DNA from: Eledone cirrhosa
Lineage: Eukaryota
Length of the DNA: 64,000 nucleotides
Direction: 5' to 3'
Assembly (NCBI GenBank): GCA_964016885.1
Contig: OZ024753.1
Span: forward strand, 35,030,001 to 35,094,000
Shown: one piece after another, positions 53,613 to 64,000 of the stretch
Layout: each line of letters begins with the position of its first letter
Position numbering within the stretch: position 1 is the stretch's first letter
Notes under the pieces: generated by a model
Database searches by the model: none
Seen by the model: the letters and a program-made list of their open reading frames with translations, nothing else
What the model was told of the DNA's origin: nothing
Made by a program: the position numbers and the translations under genes

Positions 53613-54506
53613 TACTCTAGAAGGATGAAAGATAAAGTATGACAGTCTTCAAATTTTTTAAGATGATTACATTTGGAAAGACATTACTAATAATTTATGC
53701 TTTGCTTCTGCATGTTCAACAAACATTATTTTACAAACTGATGAAACCTTAGGGCGATATACTAAAATAAATAAACCATCTTTTATTTATTTTATAAAAG
53801 GAAAAATATATATATAATTATAATCAAGAAAAAAATTGATAAATCACCATAGAAAAAAAAATTATTTGTAGATTAGAATGCTACATTTTAATAATGAACA
53901 GAGATATCATGGGAAAATATGAATTTGCATAATTTTTATTTGAAATATTCGTTTTTAATATATCATAACAGGAAATTAAAAGATGAAACTCACTCAACGA
54001 ATTATATTTTAATACAACATTCTCCTCTTTTTTTTATTTTTTAATCTATTCAATAATACATTAATATCAACAATGTTATCTGCCATTATTTTAATGAGTG
54101 AAAATTATACAGGAATGATGCAAATTTGTTTTAAGTCAGTGAATATAAACAGTTATAAATTCAGTTTGTATTTCCATTTTAAACATTAAAGTAAGACAGT
54201 AAAGGTTTAACTTTCACAAATAACATGAGATCACACTCAAACACAATAATCTATTTCCGCTATTTCAGTACATAGACAGAGTCCATTTAGTGAATGTGAA
54301 GGATTGGAAATATTGATCAATGTGGGAATTTTTTCTCAAAACATTTTCAATAAGAGACTAAAGAAAAACAAAGGAAAGACGTTTGTAATCAATACTGTTT
54401 TCTAGAGTACACGACAAAGTATGATGGCATTAAGTACACTAAATTGTCTGTTAGCCTTTCACATAGCTACAGGTAGAAAATGTCTCTCTCTCTCTAGCTA
54501 TATATC

Positions 54507-54537
<31 letters not shown>

Positions 54538-54643
54538 CTATCTGTCGGGAGGTTCTGAAAATTAGAAGGGAGTGGACAACCAAAGCAAAAAGATATATAT
54601 TTTTTTAGTCTGCTCCCTTCCACCCCAAATTTTACTCAATTTT

Positions 54644-54694
54644 GCTGTCTGAAGAAATCATGATATTATATCATCATGGAAATATGTAATCAGC
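54644..54694 (+). ncRNA. Degenerate type-I hammerhead (family A-like)
   Basis: GCTGT-CTGAAGA-AAT.C.ATGATA(TTA)TATCAT.C.ATG-GAAA-TATG-TA-ATCAGC, between (TCTA)n and (TA)n. Confidence 0.6.
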
Positions 54695-54756
54695 TTAATT
54701 AATAAGAGACTCTAACATTTACAACTTCACATTTTGTCTTTATATATATATATATA

Positions 54757-55100
54757 GGAGGCACATGGCTTAGTGGTTAGAGCATTGGCTTTGCAATCGA
54801 AAGGTTGTGAGTTCAATTCTCAGACCGGGCGATGTGTTGTTTCCTTGAGCAAGACACTTTATTTCACATTGCTCCAGTTTACTCAGCTGTAGAAATGAGA
54901 TGATAGGGACTGGGGTCCATATCATTCCACTGTAAAGTGGATGTGTAGGTGCCACGGCAAAAAAGCACCCAGCACTCACTGTAAATGAGGTTGGTGTTAG
55001 GAAGGGCATCCAGCTGTAGTAATCAAGCCAGAATCAGTTCCCGTCCCACCCTTGCAAGCAGGGAAAAAAAGCGGACGTAAAATGAAATGATGATGATGAT
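54757..55100 (+). mobile_element. Full-length S2 SINE (tRNA head, conserved core, RTE-type tail)
   Basis: GGAGGCACATGGCTTAGTGGTTAGAGC..GAGTTCAATTCTC, CCTTGAGCAAGACACTTT core, GGAAGGGCATCCAGCTGTAG..GGACGTAAAA(TGA)n tail. Confidence 0.9.
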
Positions 55101-58100
55101 ATAGGAAGGGCATCCAGCTGTAAAATACCTGGCCAAATTTACAGTCCTCGCTAAAGCAAAGTGTGACATGGCCAACTCTAGCCAGACTTGTCACTTTAAA
55201 TGAATATTTAAACTCTACTTCGGTATTAAGTACTCTTTTCTCTCATCTGTTAACTACATATGTTTCACATTTGAAAAGAGGGTATTAGCTCTGAAATATC
55301 ATGTTGAAATGTACTTGGTAAAAGATTGCTTTGTTTTGTTTTATTTGCCATCCTTTGCCCTTTATATATTTCTACTGCATTGTACCAGCTTTTTGAAACT
55401 TATCAGTCATTTATTATATATTATTGTTATACTTTGGGAGGGTCATGTTGCAAATTCAGAAACGAAATATTATATATTACTTCTGGCAATAGAATGAGAA
55501 TGGAGACAATATAGAGTAGAGAGGACTCTTCAGTCAATGATGAATTAAATAGAGCAAATATTGTAAACAAACCCTACATGGAGACATAAGAAATGTTCAA
55601 CCTATAGAAAAGGACACCTTAGGCATCCCAACCTATACGAAAGCACACCTTAGGCATCCCATCCTTTATGAAAGAACACCTTAGGAATCCCATGTTCTGC
55701 AAAGCATTAAAATTGAAAGAAGTGCCTAAATGACAGATGCATCTAAAAATCACAGCATATACCATTTTCTCCCATCATAAGTCAAAACACAAGAGTAGGA
55801 TAAATTGTAGCAGTCAATCAATAAAGCTGGTGTTGAGAATAGTGCAGCAGTTGCCCTGACTACAAATGATGCAAAAACTGCTCAGAGCAAAGCATAAAGA
55901 CATTACAGATATTAAATGCATGATGGCAACTCTACACCTTCCCTCCTTCAATATAACAGTAATTATATTATTGAATATTAAGGGTCTTTTTCAACTGATT
56001 ATCAAGGGTTTTGTTGCATGCAAGCAAGTCATATGCATAGCATTTACTGAAATACATCTATTGATAAACATATTAGATGCAGAAATACACATGCTAAATA
56101 TGTTATCTTCCGTACTGACAGGAAACAATGGTAGAATTGCCATGTGATGTTGATGATAATGAATCTTCAATCAGTTTTGATCATAACTAGTTAATTATTC
56201 AATCAACTGAATCAACTAGTCATTAAATTAACGAGTAAATGACTGAGTATTCTACATACATGTGTATTTTTAATGCAATTCTCAGTTTGAATCAGTGTGA
56301 CATTATATTGATCAAGGCTGAATTTTTGAATTACAGTTACAATGCATTTCTGATGGGCTTCCTCACATTTCCCATCTACCCAATTCCATTCACAAACTTT
56401 GGGTTGACCTGAGGCTCTAATAAAAGCCATGCAGTTGTACTGAATCTGGCAGATCATGATTAGTCGGAGTTAGTACTGACTTTGTCTGTGATGACCTGTC
56501 CAACTCTTGGATGATGATGATGATGAGGAGGAGGATGGTGATTGTGGTAATAAGGAAGAGGAGGATACCAGTTCAAGTTAACCATCACTCTAGATTTTGA
56601 ATCTTTGTTGCACACATCTATTTGTGTTAACATAGTATACTTTATTATGCATATATTGATTTCCTTTTGCTTATGTTGTACAAAGTTCTTTTATACACAC
56701 AATGTATGTTCACATAATCCTTTGGTGTTGGATTACAGATTTATATTGCCTAGACTTGAATTATGTAAATTTGGTAGGCATTTCTCAAACTAAAGTGTTT
56801 ATTTTAGCACATAAACCCATAATCCTTTTGATTTCTTCAAATATCTTACTTTCTCAGATCCTACACTTTAGTACAAATCAAATCTTAAGGAAATCCATCT
56901 CAGTTCTGTAAACATCATATTTTAGCTGTGTTTGTTATGTACAATATATGAGTTTTAGTGTATTAATGCCACCCCCACCTTCTTTTTTTAATATATTTGA
57001 AGTAATTGGTATTGATTAAATATGAAGGCTTTGCAATATCAAACAGCTAATAGAAAACTGAATAATTAGAAATAGCCTAAAAACTCCTTCGATCAGGACA
57101 TTATGCATGACACTCAGAAGAAGGAACATTGAAGCTGGTTGGCACAGAATAGTAAAGAAATATATTTATCTAAATAAAGAAATTCTATAAGCAAGTATTG
57201 CACCAAGAAAAATATAGACTTCGGCAAGAAAGGAGAGTAGGAATTTATTGGCTTTAACATATGTTTCTGTGTCTATTTAATAGTCTACATATGCTGACTA
57301 CAATATATATTGTTTAATCATATGCAGTACTTAATTATTTATCATACGTTTTCAGAAAGCTTATGATATAAATAAAGAAATATAAATATTCTGTTCAAAC
57401 TGGTTGTAACCAGCTGCTCATACTGATGTTAAGGTATTGTTCTCAAAATAAATAACATTGAAATCTCATAGATTCGATATTATGTGAGATAATTTACTGT
57501 GAAAATATAGTAAATATTGAGTAATGTAAATGCTAAAAAGCTAATCAATGAAGAACCTGGAGAGACTTACTAAAGTTATTTCAGTTTTTAAGATAGTATT
57601 TTTTAATATATCAAAAAGATTTTTATATAAAATTATGTTGAAAGATTTTAATTTAAATATGCACCTTATAAATGGATGCTTATGTTTCAAAAAACAGAAG
57701 TTGTTTTAAGTGGGTTGGTATTGAAAGGGTTAAAACCTACAATCAATACTAAAGTGTTAAATAATTGTAATTTTCTTTGCTCCTCTATTGGTACAGAAAG
57801 TCTAATGTCACAGTGTGTTATTATTTACACACTTAGAGAAGTAATTTGTATCAACAGCTTCTGTGTTGAAAATTTCGTTTGTAGTGTCTTGTGTGTGCAT
57901 GTAAGTGTGCATGTGTATGAAGTGACCTATGGTAACAACATGAATCAGTCAATGAAAGTTTGTCACCCTCAACCCCCATTTGTCTGCCCTGTCTCACCAG
58001 TGGGCAGAACCCTAGGCATATATTGCCTAATTGTCTCAGCAGACAGAATAGAGAAATTGTTACCCCCGGAGGATAGCAAGGGAAATGTAATGAAATAGCT

Positions 58101-61100
58101 GTTCTAAATTATGGAAAGTGATTCCTCTTCCTCCTCCTCCTCTTCTTCCTCCTCCTCCTCCTCATTTTTTACATTTCTTTTCCGTGCTTGCAAGGACTGG
58201 ATAGATCTATTTCAGTACAGTATCTCTCAACTTGTTGCAATCCTTTGTCATCTCTTCCATGAGAAAAGGATTAAGGGGGGGGGGGGGGGGGTCTATATCT
58301 TATTACTTTTTTTTATCCCTACTTTATATTTCATATATATCATGGAAGCAGAGTCTTCAAACATTCCTTCCAACAAGTCCTGTCAGAAGCAACCATTTCC
58401 AACTGATCTGGCTGGATCCCTAAACGAGACCAGCCAAGGCTTTTGGATGTTATCCAGCTATCTTGCTTGGGGTATACTCCTGCTTCTCCTGCCGGTTGGT
58501 TTTCCTTTACATTTTACAAACCAAATGTAACACAGTAATGGTGGTGATAAGATTGATGATGAGTGTCCAGTCGTTTGATCAATAGAATAGCATATTCATG
58601 AAATTAATGTGCAAGTGACTGAACATTTCATAGACGTGTGCACCCTTAATCTAGTTATGTTTGATTCAGTGTAACACGTGTGTGTTTGACATGACTGGCC
58701 CTTTGAAATACAGGTATAGTCAATTTGATCCAAAAAATTTCTGTCTACCCAATTTCACTCATAAGTCGAGGTGGGGTAGGTGTCGCTGACCCATTATCCG
58801 CAGGGTGCAGCCTCAATACCCCTGTGCCCTAGGCCCAGAGCCCACCATTCTCTCTCTTCCCCCTCTCCATTCTTCTGCGACACTGGAGGCCCTGCCTTTC
58901 CCATTTTTATAACCACAAAAGACTCTTGAATATTCAATGTAACTCTACTTTGTGTAGTGTGTACTGTTTTTATTTGCTTATATATGTTCAATATTTGACC
59001 CAAGGCTGTGTTAAATGACACTTGGGCTAGACAGATCCACAGAGGATTGAACTCCAGGATCTTATGATTGTGAAGTTAACTCCTTTAACCATTTGGCTTT
59101 GACTATGTTGTTTTTCCATGTAAAAAAAATATAAGCTTAATATTATGAGTATTTTTTTCTTTTACTGTCTTATTTAGTTATAAGTCATATAGTTTCAAAT
59201 TTGTATGATATTTAATTTTTCTTCTCCAGTAATATCAGTATATCTTGAAATATAGTTTCAGCTACCTTTAATGCATTGATCAAGTTATCCTGTTATTTAC
59301 TACTTGTTGCTAATCAACTTTCTGTAACTTCCCCTTTCTTTTGCCTACTTTCCTGCTATATGACCTCTACCCCACGCCCACTGTAATCTTTCTTATGTTC
59401 TTTCTACCTGCTACTGTCAAAACTTTCTTAAGTATGAGTCACCAGCCTTTATAGACAACATTCTCACACAGAAAAAAAGTCCATTTAGTGTACATAATTC
59501 TCAGTGACAGTGAGTGGTTTCATTTAAGTTGCTGCACTTACTATCTATATTTACCTTCTATAATTGTATTCAATATTTATCTTATTCTGGGCTTCTTATA
59601 TTCTACTGGAACTTTAATTGCTAGGGTAAGTTTTATTTAACTAAACTTTTTTAACTGTTTTGTTTTTTGGTATAGGATAAAATGTATTTCATTTTATAAT
59701 ATTTAAACGCATTTATCGTGTTTGTTCTCCCTAACTATTTAAATAATTTAAAAAAAAAAAAATTTCTTCACTATCCCTAAACTTCATTTCTTCACTATCC
59801 CTAAACTTTTAAGCAGGTGTTTCCATGAATCTTCCACAAGGTGTTCCATAGTTATTGAAATAGATACTGAACAAAGTTATACTAATTGTGATCATATGGT
59901 GAATGATATTGTATTTAAATCATAATTATGCATAAAAAAGAAACAAAAGCAAACACACACATACACACACCTACACACATGCACACAAACACACGCGCAC
60001 ACAAATTTTAAATCTATAACTGTTACCCTAGAGGATAGTAAAATAGTAAAAAAGATGTGTTTTTTACCTCAATTGTTTTTAAGGTAAAAAATTATTCACT
60101 AAATTATTGCTTTTTAAAACTTCAAGAACATTTATTTAATACATGATTTATTTAACAAACTGTCTTAAATTTTCACTTGGCACTCTGGCATAGGCCCTCT
60201 TTAATAACCACAGGAATTACATAATGCTGGTAAAACTCATTCAGCCCAATAATAGGATTATTTTGAAGGTGGTGCCGAAGCATGGCAGCAGTCAAATGAC
60301 TGAAGCCGGTAAAAGTGCATATACACATCTGGAATAGTTATTTTGTTGTTGGAAATAACAATCAGTAACCTATAGCATTACTACCCCAATGATATAAGTG
60401 TGGAGAATATAGAAGAATGCTCTCTGGCAGGTAGAACTCCAGGCCACCTTATGGCCACAATGGACAGAATAGAAGATAGTAAAGGAGATGTGTTGAAATA
60501 ACCAGTCCAACTCACGGAGTTCACCCAATGTGTGTGGCTTGTGATTTTCAGTTTGTTGGGCAACAAAACCAGGGTCTGTTGTCAGAAATGTTTAGGTATT
60601 TGATTCATTTTATTCAACTATATTTTCTCCACAGACCTCAGGCTTTTGAAGGGCTTATCTACTCAACAAGCTCATGAGCCCCTCCCCCTCTCCCAAGGAC
60701 CATGGCTGATAATCACTAGCATATAGTCTCCACTATGTAAACACCACAAACAACAACAAAACAACAAGAGTTTTAACTATTTTGATACCAACTTACCTTA
60801 AACCACCCTTATTTTATCATAATAAACCTCTTGTTTTAAACTATTTCTATTTAAATAAAGAAATAATATTATAGAAGAATATCTCTATTAAGCTAATAAA
60901 CTCCAGCTTTATATGGTTAATTGTTTTACTAAATCCCTTCAAATTTTTGATTATTTACAAAATTAATTAGTAATAAAGCATGTAAAGGTTTAAGGTCATT
61001 TACCCAGCTAAAGTAGGGGTTAGTCTAGTGATCCTATAAACGTTACAAACCAAAAGCATAAAACAATTGTTATATATTTAGATTGCAGAGTACAATTTTT

Positions 61101-61648
61101 TTCAACGTGCTGTTGTGGTTATATATATCTTCCTTGACATAATTAGATTTGTCTATGTAAATATGTTGCTAAGTTATTTCCCACTTATCAAGCAAGCTGT
61201 CGGTCGTGTCATAACCACCAGTTTGCATTTCATATTAATTCTTTCAGAGTAATTAATTTGGTAATTAATTTAATTATAATTAATTTTCTGCCTTTACATT
61301 TTGCAATTAAGTCAGCTTCTGGTAATGATTTTAATTCAAAGTTGTCTTGTTTTCTGTAACCAAAACTCGTTTCACTGCATTTAAGTGAAATTTTTTATAA
61401 ATTTTTACCTGAACCAACTTATTAGAATTTGTAAAGGTATTCTGTTATCATCATCATCATCATCATCATCATCGTTTTTACGTCGACTTTTCCATGGTGG
61501 CATGGGTTGGATGAGATTTTTTGAGGCAAAATTTTACAGCCTAATGCTCTTCCTGACACAAATGCTATTAGTGACTTCTTACTATGTGCAGAGATACCAT
61601 GTGCCTTTTCAAAACTAGATACACAGCCTACCAGATACACACAATTAT

Positions 61649-61690
<42 letters not shown>

Positions 61691-61736
61691 TGTTATATTT
61701 GGGGAGGGTCATATTGTTATAATAATATTGCCAGAA

Positions 61737-61768
<32 letters not shown>

Positions 61769-61812
61769 CACAGAAAAAAAGAGAATCAGTGTTGTGACGA
61801 ATGGAATTTATT

Positions 61813-61910
61813 AGACATATTACAATCGTTTCTCTGGCGACCAGCTCGAGGCACAATCGATGTGATCATCGAACCTGACTCTGAAAATCGCAAGGTCCTC
61901 AAATACGTCT
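61813..61910 (-). ncRNA. Hammerhead-like motif with long stem II and UUGAGGA core (family B-like)
   Basis: RC: AGACGTAT-TTGAGGA-[~63-nt hairpin, GCGATT..GGTCGC]-GAAA-CGATTG-TA-ATATGTCT; 8-bp stem I; between (TA)n tracts. Confidence 0.65.
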
Positions 61911-62081
61911 TGATTCTACGAAGTAGATTTTCCTAATTAATTATATATATATATTTAATTATATATATATATATATATAAATTTAGCAAGAATCGCATTT
62001 CGGCGAGTAGAAATTAGCGAAACGCAACTTTCGATTTGTGTTGGCAAGCGCTCAATGGATACGAAGATACCAGAGCAATAA

Positions 62082-62133
<52 letters not shown>

Positions 62134-62917
62134 GGCAACACGGTAAAAACCTCCCAGACCCACACTGTAAATGTGGTTGGTGTTAGGAAGGGCATCCAAC
62201 TGTAGGAAACCTGCCAGACAGTCATATGCGAGCAAGACAATCACTCTTGCCTCAAGTGGGAAAACCCCCGTCCAAACCCATGCAAGCGTGGAACACGGAT
62301 GTTGATGATGATATATATATATTTCTGAAAATAACTATGTTCATAAATGATTGTGCTATATTGCATTTTACTGATAATCAGTGCAATACAAACTAAAAAA
62401 TGTTATGCAAAAATTTATACAAGTAACAATTAGATAAAACATGATAATAATGACGATAATGATTATAGTGTTTTTTGTTTTTTTTGTTATTTACACACAT
62501 ATTTGATATATATGATTAATTTTATTATTAAAATATTTGACACTAATAATTATCTAAAGTGTATATGTTTCAGATTCTTCATTAGTCTGTTGTAATCTCA
62601 AGGGTCTTGAATCTGGCAATTTAAACCCTTTTGATACCAAATTGCCTAAAACTGTCCTGGATTTATGATACAAAAATACTCATTTTATAATGTTTCTACT
62701 TATATTGAATTCTTCTATCATGATTTTTATTTAAGAAATTTTTGTTAAGTAATCTTCTATCTACGAGCTTACTAATGGAAGAGAATTATTTTATTAAATT
62801 CCTTGAAATATTTGATTATTTAAAAAATTAATTTTGACTCATAAGCAGTGTATTTCATTAGAAATACAATAATGAAAAGAATAATATCGAAAGTAGTAAA
62901 TTCTAAAACTTAGTATT

Positions 62918-63872
62918 ACCAAAAATGAAGATGCCACTGAAAGGCTCTTGCTTTGATAACTGAGAGGATATTACATGAACTGCAACAGTGGAGCTAAGAG
63001 CCGTTCCAGAAGAAGCATTCAAGATGTGATTTGAACAGTGGAAGGATCACTGTGCTAAGTATGTGGAAGGATCATTGGACTGAGTATGTGGAAGGATCAT
63101 TGGGCTGAGTGTGGGGAAGGATCGTTGGGTTAAGTGTGTGGAAGGATCATTGGGTTAAGTGTGTGGAAGGATCACTGTGGTAAGTATGTGGAATGATCGT
63201 TGGGTTAAGTGTGTGGAAGGATAATTGGGTTAAGTGTGTGGAAGGATCACTGTGCTAAGTATGTGGAATGATCGTTGGGTTAAGTGTGTGGAGTGACCAT
63301 TGGGTTAAGTGTGTGGAAGGATCATTGGGTTAAGTGTGTGGAAGGACCATTGGGTTAAGTGTGTGGAAGGATCATTGGGTTAAGTGTGTGGAAGGATCAT
63401 TGGGCTGAGTATGTGGAATGATCGTTGGGTTAGGTGTGGAAGGATCATTGGGCTAAGTGTGTGGAATGATCGTTGGGTTAAGTGTATGGAATGATCGTTG
63501 GGTTAAGTGTGTGGAAGGATCATTGGGTTAAGTGTGTGGAAGGATCGTTGGGCTAAGTGTGTGGAAGGATCGTTGGGCTAAGTATGTGGAAGGATCATTG
63601 GGCTAAGTGTGTGGAATGATCGTTGGGCTGAGTATGTGGAAGGATCATTGGGCTAAGTGTGTGGAAGGATCATTGGGCTAAGTGTGTGGAATGATCGTTG
63701 GGTTAAGTGTGTGGAAGGATCATTGGGCTAAGTGTGTGTGGAAGGATCGTTGGGTTAAGTGTGTGGAAGGATCATTGGGTTAAGTGTGTGGAAGGATCGT
63801 TGGGCTAAGTATGTGGAATGATCATTGGGTTAAGTGTGTGGAGGCACAAGGGACCCACTTCAAAGGGCATTA
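62918..63872 (+). pseudogene. mariner transposase C-terminal remnant interrupted by a minisatellite
   Basis: PKMKMPLKGSCFDN*EDIT*TATVELRAVPEEAFKM...FEQWKDH [array] KCVEAQGTHFKGH*; matches mariner PK.K..LKG.RF...E.I.....L...P...F...F..WK..W.KCV...G.YFEG. Confidence 0.75.
63038..63842. repeat. 25-bp minisatellite (GTGGAAGGATCATTGGGTTAAGTGT)n, ~32 copies
   Basis: Directly visible tandem array. Confidence 0.95.
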
Positions 63873-63945
63873 GCAGTTGAACTTCAGAAAGCATATAAAT
63901 TTTTTCCTCTGCCCCAATTTAAATACTTTTTGACAGGTCTTCTAT

Positions 63946-64000
<55 letters not shown>

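Noticed and set aside
53730-53770. CTGATGA-AACCTTAGGGC-GATA hammerhead-like string (similar weak cases at ~37390 and ~915-930)
   Set aside because: GAAA core or stem I pairing missing; compatible with chance in AT-rich DNA.
54757-54835. tRNA-like sequences at SINE heads
   Set aside because: A/B boxes present but no complete cloverleaf, and they run straight into SINE cores; not tRNA genes.

Overview
Eukaryotic, AT-rich, repeat-dominated DNA. The mix of (TA)n/(CA)n microsatellites, RTE LINEs and tRNA-derived SINEs resembles a coleoid cephalopod, most likely Octopus (inference). Most ORF-track entries are microsatellite or TE artefacts. Reading splice sites by hand gives one host gene on the minus strand: five phase-compatible GT-AG coding exons (11608 down to 3714) encoding a signal peptide, a Cys-rich MRH (mannose-6-phosphate-receptor-homology)-like domain and the start of a TM helix. 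A possible plus-strand promoter and non-coding first exon lies at ~27.7-28.0 kb. The rest is TE material: a 5'-truncated RTE LINE with a PHD-like finger, Penelope-like (PLE) RT and GIY-YIG fragments, CR1, CRE-like, Ingi/Vingi-like, mariner, piggyBac-type MITEs, Helitron and hAT ends, SINEs and minisatellites. The most striking unannotated signal is about a dozen type-I hammerhead-ribozyme (HHR) motifs in several structural families. They sit in short elements mostly embedded in (TA)n, some as palindromes, and show compensatory stem changes between copies. A 25-bp minisatellite has also expanded from inside a mariner transposase remnant. Repeat boundaries are approximate; exon and HHR coordinates were counted by hand.
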